64,000 bases of DNA, taken from positions 65,482 to 129,481 of the forward strand of contig JBAYMG010000001.1 in NCBI GenBank assembly GCA_041663665.1, in the 5' to 3' direction. Each line of letters starts with the position of its first letter. Position 1 is the first letter of the stretch. Source of the DNA: Candidatus Omnitrophota bacterium. GTDB taxonomy: Bacteria > Omnitrophota > Gorgyraeia > Gygaellales > Profunditerraquicolaceae. A model generated the notes under the pieces. That model searched no databases. It saw nothing but the letters and a program-made list of their open reading frames with translations, and was not told the DNA's origin. Positions 9,434 through 18,965 of the stretch are shown piece by piece. The translations under genes were made by a program, and so were the position numbers.

Positions 9434-10549
9434 ATGAAGATATCAGCATTAGATTTAAAAAAACAGATTGTACCAATCCGTCAGGAATTAGATAGGGCGA
9501 TAAAAGAGGTAATTGATAATACTAGTTTTGTTTTAGGCGATGGAGTTAGGAGATTCGAAGAGAATGCGGCAAAATATTGTAATGCAAAATATGCAATCGG
9601 AGTCTCGAATGGAACTGATGCTATCGAGCTTGCTTTGCTTGCGCTTGGGATTAAACCCGGCGATGGGGTAATTTGCCCGAGTTTTACTTATTATGCAACC
9701 GCTGGGGCAATAGCTAATCTTGGGGCGCGTCCTGTATTTGCGGATGTTGATGGCGATACTTATAATATCTCTTTAGAGAGTATCGGGGAAATTTTAGCTA
9801 GAAAAAAATTTAAAATTAAAGCGGTTGTTCCAGTCCACCTTTATGGCCAATGCGCGGATCTGGACGGAATTTTGAAACTTGCGCGCAAGTATAAAATAAA
9901 AGTAGTCGAAGATACGGCCCAGGCTTTTGGAGCTGAATATAAAGGCAGGAAAGCCGGGACGATCGGTGATTGCGGTTCGGTAAGTTTTTATCCCGGGAAA
10001 AATTTGGGGGCATTTGGGGATGCCGGGTTAATTTTGACCAACGATGAAGCCATTGCAAATAAAATAAGAATTCTCCGTAATCAGGGCAATGAAAATAAAT
10101 ATTATCATTTAGTTCTAGGCCGCAATAATCGCCTGGATACAATTCAGGCAGTGGTGTTGGATGTTAAACTAAGATATTTGGATGAATGGAATAAGCGAAG
10201 GCAGGAGGTTGCGCAACATTATAACCGTTCTTTAGCCAATTTGGATATTAAAACTCCGTTTGTGCCGGACTATACTACGCATATTTATCATCAGTATGTT
10301 CTAAGGACTAAATTTCCCAATAATAAGTTTATGGATTATTTGCAAAGTAAAGGAATTGATTCGCGGGTGTTTTATCCGGTTCCTTTGCATTTACAAAAAT
10401 GTTTTAAATATCTGGGATACAAGCGGGGAGATTTTCCGGAAGCAGAAAAAGCGGCCAGGCAGGTATTTACTTTACCTGTCTACCCTGAATTAACCGGAGA
10501 GGAAAAAGATTATATTATTCAATCTTTAAAGGAGTTTATCAATGGCTAA
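9434..10549 (+). CDS. DegT/DnrJ/EryC1/StrS sugar aminotransferase (PLP lysine present)
   Basis: SFYPGKNLGAFGDAG motif with the lysine retained. 371 aa. Confidence 0.8.
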   Translation: MKISALDLKKQIVPIRQELDRAIKEVIDNTSFVLGDGVRRFEENAAKYCNAKYAIGVSNGTDAIELALLALGIKPGDGVICPSFTYYATAGAIANLGARPVFADVDGDTYNISLESIGEILARKKFKIKAVVPVHLYGQCADLDGILKLARKYKIKVVEDTAQAFGAEYKGRKAGTIGDCGSVSFYPGKNLGAFGDAGLILTNDEAIANKIRILRNQGNENKYYHLVLGRNNRLDTIQAVVLDVKLRYLDEWNKRRQEVAQHYNRSLANLDIKTPFVPDYTTHIYHQYVLRTKFPNNKFMDYLQSKGIDSRVFYPVPLHLQKCFKYLGYKRGDFPEAEKAARQVFTLPVYPELTGEEKDYIIQSLKEFING

Positions 10550-11309
10550 ATTGTCGGTTGTGATTTTAACTAAGAATGAAGAGTCTTGTATTGCTGCCTG
10601 CCTGGAATCGGTAAGGTGGGCGGATGAAATTATCGTAGTTGATGATGAAAGTACGGATAAGACAATTGAGATCCTTAAGAAATATAATTGTAAAGTTTTC
10701 TTTAGAAAAATGGATATTGAGGGGAAGCACAGGAATTGGGCTTACGCTCAGGCAAAAAATCCGTGGGTTCTAAGCCTTGATGCGGATGAGACAGTCACGC
10801 CGGAATTAAAAATTGAAATTGAGCAGTCGATTCAGTCGACAGGTTTTGCGGCATACGATATTCCATTGCGCAATTTTATTAGTAATTATTGGGTCAGGTA
10901 CGGTGGATGGTATCCGGCATCAAAGGTGCGCTTGTTTCAAAAGGATAAATTTAAATATGAAGAGGCGGAGGTGCATCCCCGGGCTTTTATTGACGGCGCA
11001 TGCGGGCACTTGAAAGCTGATATTATTCACCGGGGTTATCCTGATTTGGAGCATTTTTTAAATAGCGTTAATCGTCAGTCGACACTGGAAGCAGTAAAAT
11101 GGGTAAAGACTGGTAGAAAAATGACGCTGCTTTGGGCTACTTGGAGAGCAGTAGATAGATTTTTCAGAAGATATATCAGTAAGAAGGCTTACAAAGATGG
11201 CATGTATGGGTTTGTTATTGCTTTTTTTGATACGCTGTATCAGATGTTAAGTTATTTGAAGTTTAGAGAAATGAAAAATAAAAAAAATACCCAAGACAGG
11301 ACCTGTTAA
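10542..11309 (+). CDS. Glycosyltransferase family 2, WaaE/KdtX-like LPS core glycosyltransferase
   Basis: SVVILTKNEE...IIVVDDESTD and an LDADE motif. 255 aa. Confidence 0.7.
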   Translation: MAKLSVVILTKNEESCIAACLESVRWADEIIVVDDESTDKTIEILKKYNCKVFFRKMDIEGKHRNWAYAQAKNPWVLSLDADETVTPELKIEIEQSIQSTGFAAYDIPLRNFISNYWVRYGGWYPASKVRLFQKDKFKYEEAEVHPRAFIDGACGHLKADIIHRGYPDLEHFLNSVNRQSTLEAVKWVKTGRKMTLLWATWRAVDRFFRRYISKKAYKDGMYGFVIAFFDTLYQMLSYLKFREMKNKKNTQDRTC

Positions 11310-11321
11310 TTTAATATTAAT

Positions 11322-11861
11322 ATGAAAGCAGTATTTTTAGATAGAGATGGAGTTATTAATAAATATCCTGGTGACAGGCTTTATGTAACTTCGCTTAAAA
11401 AGTTCAGGTTCTTGCCTCGGGCAAAGAAAGCAATTGCCTTGCTGAATAGCAAGGGGTTTAAAATATTTGTGGCATCGAATCAGGCGGGGGTAGGTAAGGG
11501 GACATATAGCCAGAAAACATTAGATGCCATAACTGCCAAAATGCTTCTTGAGATCAAACAGTCAGGCGGGAGAATTGATAAGGTTTATTATTGTACACAT
11601 CGTAAAGAAGCTCTTTGCGCATGCCGTAAGCCCAAGCCGGGATTGCTTAAGCTAGCTGCTAAAGAATTTAAGTTTAGTTTAAAAAATGCCTATTTTATCG
11701 GCGATACTATTCGTGATGTGCTTACCGCGCAGGCTGCAGGCTGCAGGCCTATTCTAGTTTTGGCGGGTAAAGAAAAATTAAAAAATCAAGATACTTGGGA
11801 AGCTAAGCCGGATTTTGTATTTAAAGACCTTTTTGCGGCAGCTAAATTTTTAATTAAATAA
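11322..11861 (+). CDS. gmhB: D,D-heptose 1,7-bisphosphate phosphatase (HAD-IIIA)
   Basis: FLDRDGVIN HAD motif I and the Zn-binding CTHRKEALCACRKPKPG signature. Confidence 0.8.
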   Translation: MKAVFLDRDGVINKYPGDRLYVTSLKKFRFLPRAKKAIALLNSKGFKIFVASNQAGVGKGTYSQKTLDAITAKMLLEIKQSGGRIDKVYYCTHRKEALCACRKPKPGLLKLAAKEFKFSLKNAYFIGDTIRDVLTAQAAGCRPILVLAGKEKLKNQDTWEAKPDFVFKDLFAAAKFLIK

Positions 11862-11864
11862 ACT

Positions 11865-12956
11865 ATGAAAGTATTAATTACTTATGCTTCCGCAGGCGCC
11901 GGGCATCGCCGGGCGGCAGAGGCAGTATACGGTTATTTAAAAGAAAATCGTAAGGATTTAAACCTTGTATTAGTTGATATCCTGCCTTTTATTAATCCGC
12001 TTTTACGTTTTTGTTATAATTCCGGTTATCCGTTTTTGGTGCATTACGCTGTTTGGCTATGGGGTTTTTTCTTCTGGCTGACTGAATTTAAATTGACGCG
12101 ATGGATTAGCCGAAAATGTTCAATTGTTTCAAATTATCTCGGCTGCCGTAAATTCGTCAAGTACTTGATTAACGAAGAATTCGATTTTATCATTTCTACG
12201 CATTTTCTTAATTCCGAGCTGGCTGCTAATTTAAAATTAAAAAATAAAATTAGATCCAAGTTAATTACTGTGGTTACTGATTTTGGTGTGCATCCATTTT
12301 GGGTTTCAAACGGTACTGATCTTTATATTGCCGGGTCAGGATTAACTAAAGAAAAATTACTAGAGATGGGTGTTGCTGAACAAGCAATTCAAGTTTCCGG
12401 CATACCGGTTAGTTCAAGCTTTACCAGGGTACAAAATAAAGCAGAGTTGTTAGTTAAATTTGGAATGGATGCAGATAAGTTTACAGTGCTGTTAATGACC
12501 GGTTCTTTTGGTTCCGGTCCGCTTGAAAAAATTGCCGAGAGCCTCTGTAATGATGTGCAGGTACTGGTGGTTTGCGCTAAGAATAAGAAGCTTTTTAACC
12601 GTTTAAAGATGAGAAATTTTAATAATGTGAAAGTTTTTGGATTTATAAATAATTCCGAAGAGCTGATGGCGATTTCTGATGTTATAATTACTAAGCCCGG
12701 TGGTTTAAGTATCGCCGAACTGCTTAATATGAGGTTATTGCCGATATTTATATCGGCTATACCGGGCCAAGAGCAAAAAAATGTGGAAATTTTGGCTCGT
12801 TACGGCGTGGGATGTATCGGAAGAAATATTAATCAAATAAAAGATTTGGTTGTCCAGTTAAAAAATAATCCTCAGAAACTTCAAAGCCTTAAAGGTAGTA
12901 TTGCTCAAGCTACTAAGCCGTCTGCTTGTCAGGAGATAGCTAATGTTATACGCTAA
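11865..12956 (+). CDS. MGDG-synthase/UgtP-like glycosyltransferase (GT28 family)
   Basis: N-terminal SAGAGHRRAAEA motif typical of MGDG_synth / processive diacylglycerol glycosyltransferases. 363 aa. Confidence 0.55.
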   Translation: MKVLITYASAGAGHRRAAEAVYGYLKENRKDLNLVLVDILPFINPLLRFCYNSGYPFLVHYAVWLWGFFFWLTEFKLTRWISRKCSIVSNYLGCRKFVKYLINEEFDFIISTHFLNSELAANLKLKNKIRSKLITVVTDFGVHPFWVSNGTDLYIAGSGLTKEKLLEMGVAEQAIQVSGIPVSSSFTRVQNKAELLVKFGMDADKFTVLLMTGSFGSGPLEKIAESLCNDVQVLVVCAKNKKLFNRLKMRNFNNVKVFGFINNSEELMAISDVIITKPGGLSIAELLNMRLLPIFISAIPGQEQKNVEILARYGVGCIGRNINQIKDLVVQLKNNPQKLQSLKGSIAQATKPSACQEIANVIR

Positions 12957-14784
12957 AGTTGTATTGGGCCTGCCGATTGATGGGCCATTTGACTACCTTG
13001 TTCCTTTAGATTTAGAAAATAAGATTTTAGCCGGTTCAAGGGTATGGGTAAATTTCCGCAACAAAAAAGAAGTTGCCTACGTAGTGGAATTAAACAATAA
13101 AACTACAATTAAAAAAATAAAAGATATCGCTTCGGTAATTGATGCTCAGCCTGTTTTGGATGAGGCGATGCTTTTGTTGACCAGGCAATTGGCAGAATAT
13201 TATTGCTGTTCCTGGGGGGAGGCAATTGAAACTGCGCTTCCGGAGGAATTAAGAAGGGGGAAAATAATTGAAAATGGGAATGTTTCCAATTTTCTTGGAG
13301 AGAAAATCGTAAAACAAATAGGAGCGTTTCCAATTTTTGTGCAGGGGCAGGACCGGATGCCGGTTTATTTAAGGGAAATTAAGCAGGCGGCAGACAGTAA
13401 GCATTCGGTGATTGCTTTGTTTAGCGATATACAGGAGGCACAAAGGGCTAAGGAGTTAATTGAAAAAAGCTTAAATATTCAGGTTTTTCTTTCTTTCCGT
13501 AAACAGAAAGACGAGGCTGAGGTTTGGGAAAAGATCCGGGAGGCAGAGTATTGTGTTGTGATTGGAACACGTTCAAATATTTTTTCGCCGGTAAATAATT
13601 TAGGTTTGATTATTATTGACCAGGAAGCTGACCAGGTTTATAAACAGGAGCAGGCGCCGCATTATCACGCCAGGCAAGTTGCATTAATGCGCGCCCAAAT
13701 TCAGGGTGCAAAAATTATTTTTGGTGACAGTATTCTTTCTTTGGAAAGTTTCTATTTGGCACAAAAGAATAAGCTTGAATATGAGCTCATACCGCCGAAA
13801 CAGGCTTATCCTGAGGTCAAAATTATTGATTTGCGCAGGCTTCCTTATGCCGATCGAAAGAGCAAGACAATATTCTCAAAATATTTGGTCGATGCAATTT
13901 TTACGGTATTAAATGAAAAAGGCAAGGTACTGTTGTTTGTTAACCGGAAAGGCTTTGCAACTAGTGCCTCCTGCCACAATTGCGGCGTAGCTTTAAAATG
14001 CCCGCGTTGTAATATCAATTTGGTGTTTCATTTTGATGAGGATAAATTAAAATGCCATCATTGTAATTTTAAAATGGAACTTCCTAAGATTTGCCCCAGT
14101 TGTAATACCGGATATATAAAATATTCCGGTATCGGGACGGAAAAAGTGGAAAGTGAATTGGCACTAATTTTTCCTCAGGCCAAGATTAAAATAATTGACG
14201 ATGCGCAGGATGACTTAAACAGCGCAGATATTTTTGTATCTACCAGTTCAATTATCAAGCATCAGGGGGCAAGCTTTGATTTAATCGGTGTTTTGGTTAT
14301 TGATAATTCGCTTAATCGCCTGGATTTCCGTTCTTCAGAGAAAACTTTTGCGCTGCTTGCCGGTTTAGCCGGATTAACTGTCAAGAAAATGATTATTCAG
14401 AGTGCTAACGCCAATCACCATTGTTTTAACGCGCTAGTTAAAAATGACCCGCAGATTTTTTTAAAAGAGGAGCTAGCGCAGCGTAAGCAGCTTAATTTTG
14501 CGCCTTTTAAACATATGATCCTGATTAAAATGCGCGGAGAGAGTTTAGATAAGGTCAAAAAATTTTCTCTGGATTTATTTGAAAGATTAAGTAAAATCAA
14601 AACAGCCAGTTTAAAAGTTTTGTCGTTAAATTGCGGACAGCCGGCTAAATTACGCGGCAATTTTTATTACCAGATATTAATGCGCGCATCCAGCGCAGAG
14701 AAGGCAAGCAGCTTTTTAAAATTACATTTAAAAGAAGCCCATCTTTCAGGTATAATAGTTACTGTAGATGTGGACCCGATATAG
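12943..14784 (+). CDS. priA: Primosomal protein N' (PriA) homolog with degenerate Walker A/B motifs
   Basis: MLYAKVVLGLPIDGPFDYLVP PriA N-terminus and a Cys4+Cys4 zinc-binding region (CHNCG...CPRCN...CHHCN...CPSCN). The helicase core aligns with E. coli PriA, but GxGKT is replaced by QGQDRMP and DEEH by DQEA. Confidence 0.8.
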   Translation: MLYAKVVLGLPIDGPFDYLVPLDLENKILAGSRVWVNFRNKKEVAYVVELNNKTTIKKIKDIASVIDAQPVLDEAMLLLTRQLAEYYCCSWGEAIETALPEELRRGKIIENGNVSNFLGEKIVKQIGAFPIFVQGQDRMPVYLREIKQAADSKHSVIALFSDIQEAQRAKELIEKSLNIQVFLSFRKQKDEAEVWEKIREAEYCVVIGTRSNIFSPVNNLGLIIIDQEADQVYKQEQAPHYHARQVALMRAQIQGAKIIFGDSILSLESFYLAQKNKLEYELIPPKQAYPEVKIIDLRRLPYADRKSKTIFSKYLVDAIFTVLNEKGKVLLFVNRKGFATSASCHNCGVALKCPRCNINLVFHFDEDKLKCHHCNFKMELPKICPSCNTGYIKYSGIGTEKVESELALIFPQAKIKIIDDAQDDLNSADIFVSTSSIIKHQGASFDLIGVLVIDNSLNRLDFRSSEKTFALLAGLAGLTVKKMIIQSANANHHCFNALVKNDPQIFLKEELAQRKQLNFAPFKHMILIKMRGESLDKVKKFSLDLFERLSKIKTASLKVLSLNCGQPAKLRGNFYYQILMRASSAEKASSFLKLHLKEAHLSGIIVTVDVDPI

Positions 14785-14804
14785 GATTAAAAATTCGAGG
14801 TAAT

Positions 14805-15758
14805 ATGAAGATAGTATTTTTTGGCAGTGCGCATTTTGCGGTTCCGGCGCTTGGAGCTTTAATTGAGAGCCAGCATGAGATTGTTTGCGTTGTTACCCAG
14901 CCGGATAAACAAAAAGGCAGGCATCTGCAGGTTAGCGCAACAGATGTTAAGAGTACGGCTATGGCGGCTAAGTTAAAAATTTTTCAACCGGAGAATATTA
15001 AGAGCAAAGAAAGCGCAAATTTCTTAAAAAGTTTTGATGCTGATTTATTTGTAATTGTTGCCTATGGCCAAATTTTGTCGCAAGAAATTTTAGATATTCC
15101 TAAAATTATGCCGATTAATATCCATGCTTCACTTTTACCCAGTTACCGCGGGGCAGCCCCGATTAATTGGGCGATAATTAATGGAGAGAGAAAGACCGGG
15201 GTCTCAATTATGTATGTTAATCTCAAAATGGATTCCGGCCCGGTTATTTTGCAGAAAGAAATAAGAATTGCCGATAAAGATGATTCAATCATCCTTGAAG
15301 AAAAGCTGCGTAAGTTGGGCGCTGAGTTATTGATTGATGCGCTTAGGATTATTGATGCCCGGGATTATCGCCTGGAAGAACAGGATGAAGAAAAGGTGGT
15401 TTGGGCGCCGAAGTTAAAAAAAGAGGTTGGTTTGATTGATTGGGATAACCAGGCAATTAATATCCATAATCAGGTAAGAGGGCTCTTGCCTTGGCCGGGC
15501 GCATTTACTAATTACCACGGGAAATCGTTAAAAATATTTCAAACTGAAGTGTTGGCGGTATTTCCTAATCATAAGCCGCTTCCCGGTGAGGTGGTTAAGG
15601 CAGACAAGGAAGGTATTGTGGTTGCCTGCAGCCGGGGATTTTTAAAAATTAGCGAATTACAGTTAGAAGCCAGCAAGCGCATGCCTGCCCAGAATTTTAT
15701 TATTGGGCATAAACTTGTTGTAGGCGATATTTTAGGAAAAAGTAGTTGCACGATTTAG
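14805..15758 (+). CDS. fmt: Methionyl-tRNA formyltransferase
   Basis: KIVFFGS...HASLLPSYRGAAPINWAI motifs. 317 aa. Follows priA, as in many bacteria. Confidence 0.9.
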   Translation: MKIVFFGSAHFAVPALGALIESQHEIVCVVTQPDKQKGRHLQVSATDVKSTAMAAKLKIFQPENIKSKESANFLKSFDADLFVIVAYGQILSQEILDIPKIMPINIHASLLPSYRGAAPINWAIINGERKTGVSIMYVNLKMDSGPVILQKEIRIADKDDSIILEEKLRKLGAELLIDALRIIDARDYRLEEQDEEKVVWAPKLKKEVGLIDWDNQAINIHNQVRGLLPWPGAFTNYHGKSLKIFQTEVLAVFPNHKPLPGEVVKADKEGIVVACSRGFLKISELQLEASKRMPAQNFIIGHKLVVGDILGKSSCTI

Positions 15759-15781
15759 CTCTTCTGCTATAATCATTTTCT

Positions 15782-16807
15782 ATGCCAGAACTAAGGAAAG
15801 ATCCAATTATAGGTAGATGGGTAATTATTTCGACTGAGCGGGCTCGCAGGCCGGATCAGTTTGCCAGCCATGTCCGTGGCTCGGAGAATCCGTCTGCCTG
15901 CCCATTTTGTGAAGGTAAAGAAGCAAATACTCCTTCTGAAATTTACGCTATTCGCCCGCGAAATTCCCAACGCAATGCTCCGGGATGGGATTTACGCGTT
16001 GTTCCCAGTATTTCCCCATTTTTAAGAGTTGAAGGAGATTTGGACCGCAGAGGCAATGGTATTTATGATGTGATGAATGGGTTAGGCGCGCATGAGGTGG
16101 TCATTGAGACTAACCAGCATATCGCTAACATGGCGGATTTAAGCGAAGAGCAGATTACCCGGGTGCTTAATTGTTATTCGGATAGAATTATTGATTTAGA
16201 AAAAGATACCCGGCTTAAATATGTTTTAGTATTTAAAAATTATGGTAAGGGTTCCGGCAGCGGAGGGATCAGGCATGCCCGTTCGCAATTAATTGCTACT
16301 CCGGTTAATCCTAAACGCGTCAAAGAAGAACTAGCAGGTTCCCTGGCTTATTATGAATATCATGAGCGATGTGTGTTTTGTGATTTGATTAAACAGGAGT
16401 TGGCGCAAAAAGAACGTATAATTTTAGATTATGATGGTTTTGTTGCTGTCAGCCCGTTTGCTGCGCGTTTTCCGTTTGAGACCTGGATCTTGCCAAAGGA
16501 ACATTGCTGCGATTATACTTGTATGAACGCTGACTCCAGAAGGCATCTTGCCCGTGTACTCAAGGCTGTGCTTTTAAAATTAAAAATAGGGCTAAATGAC
16601 CCGGATTATAATTATGTGATTCATACTGCACCTTTCCGCAGGCAAAAAGTTGGTTATTGGAAAAGTATTGAACAGGATTATCATTGGCACATTGAGATTA
16701 TGCCGCGTTTGACTAAAGTTGCAGGTTTTGAATGGGGGACAGGTTTTTATATCTGTCCGCTTCCTCCTGAGGAGACGGCTAAATTTTTAAGAGAGGTAAA
16801 AATTTAA
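15782..16807 (+). CDS. GalT-like HIT-family nucleotidyltransferase paralog 1 (HPH motif replaced by HAR)
   Basis: DPIIGRWVII N-terminus, CPFC Zn motif and GAHEV motif. At the position of the catalytic HPH the sequence reads GGIRHARSQL. Confidence 0.7.
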   Translation: MPELRKDPIIGRWVIISTERARRPDQFASHVRGSENPSACPFCEGKEANTPSEIYAIRPRNSQRNAPGWDLRVVPSISPFLRVEGDLDRRGNGIYDVMNGLGAHEVVIETNQHIANMADLSEEQITRVLNCYSDRIIDLEKDTRLKYVLVFKNYGKGSGSGGIRHARSQLIATPVNPKRVKEELAGSLAYYEYHERCVFCDLIKQELAQKERIILDYDGFVAVSPFAARFPFETWILPKEHCCDYTCMNADSRRHLARVLKAVLLKLKIGLNDPDYNYVIHTAPFRRQKVGYWKSIEQDYHWHIEIMPRLTKVAGFEWGTGFYICPLPPEETAKFLREVKI

Positions 16808-17803
16808 ATGGGTGAATTAAGAAGAGATCCGGTGGTCGGGCGATGGGTGATTGTCGATACGGATCATCCTAAAAAGCCGGAAGATTTTGAATATGAGCAG
16901 TTTGTTGTGCAGGGGGGACTATGCCCCTTTTGTTATGGCAATGAATTTATGACTCCTCCTGAAATAAATTGTTTTCGCGATCCGGGTACCGGGGCAAATA
17001 CTCCGGGCTGGCAGGTGCGCGTGGTAGCTAATAAATTTCCTGCTTTGCAAATCGAAGGTGAGCTTGACCGGAGGGGATTAGGCATTTATGATATGTCCAA
17101 TGGTATCGGTGCACATGAAGTTTTAATTGAAAGCCCGTATCATAATAAAGATATTCCTGAGCTCTTACCTCATGAAATTGAAAATTATTTAAAGATGTGC
17201 GCTTTGCGCTGCCAGGATTTAGGCAGAGACCAGCGGTTTAAATATATAATGATCTTCCGTAATTATGGCTCAGCAGCCGGGGCGTCTTTGGAACATCCGC
17301 ATACGCAATTAGTCGCTTTGCCCATGGTGCCTAAAAATGCTTTGGAAGAAATTCATGGAGCCAGGGATTATTACAATTATCGCGAGCGCTGCATATTTTG
17401 CGATATGATCCGCCAGGAGGTTAGTGACAAGGAAAGGGTAATCTTAGAGAATAAATATTTTATTTCTTTTTGCCCGTTTGTTTCAAGATTTCCTTTTGAA
17501 ATTATGATTATGCCTAAACAGCATGGCGGCCGTTTCTACGGCCTTTCCGGCGAAGAGATTGTGGCGCTGGGGCAGATCCTAAAAGATACTCTAATAAAAT
17601 TAAAAAAAGTATTTGTAAATTTGTCATATAATTATATAATTCATTCTGCACCTATTAATGGTGATGGAGAAGCGGAGTATTATCATTGGCATATTGAAAT
17701 TATGCCCAAACTTACACAAGTTGCAGGTTTTGAGTGGGGAACTGGTTTTTACCTTGATCCGACCTCGCCTGAATTAGCCGCACGATATTTAAAAGCCGTT
17801 TAA
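16808..17803 (+). CDS. GalT-like HIT-family nucleotidyltransferase paralog 2 (canonical HPH nucleophile motif)
   Basis: DPVVGRWVIV N-terminus, CPFC, GAHEV, and LEHPHTQLVA (His-Pro-His). Confidence 0.75.
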   Translation: MGELRRDPVVGRWVIVDTDHPKKPEDFEYEQFVVQGGLCPFCYGNEFMTPPEINCFRDPGTGANTPGWQVRVVANKFPALQIEGELDRRGLGIYDMSNGIGAHEVLIESPYHNKDIPELLPHEIENYLKMCALRCQDLGRDQRFKYIMIFRNYGSAAGASLEHPHTQLVALPMVPKNALEEIHGARDYYNYRERCIFCDMIRQEVSDKERVILENKYFISFCPFVSRFPFEIMIMPKQHGGRFYGLSGEEIVALGQILKDTLIKLKKVFVNLSYNYIIHSAPINGDGEAEYYHWHIEIMPKLTQVAGFEWGTGFYLDPTSPELAARYLKAV

Positions 17804-17823
17804 ATATAATTAACTTATTTTAA

Positions 17824-18894
<1,071 letters not shown>

Positions 18895-18940
18895 TCAGGA
18901 GGCAGGGGAGTAGCTTAGGAGTGCTTCTTAGTTTTTAAAT

Positions 18941-18960
18941 AAATAGGAGCGTCCCCGATT
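18941..18960 (+). repeat. Copy of 20-nt dispersed motif AAATAGGAGCGTCCCCGATT (5 nt upstream of the pgk ATG)
   Basis: Exact 20-mer. Also present at 35041, 46857 (direct) and 46828 (inverted). Confidence 0.8.
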
Positions 18961-18965
18961 TAATT

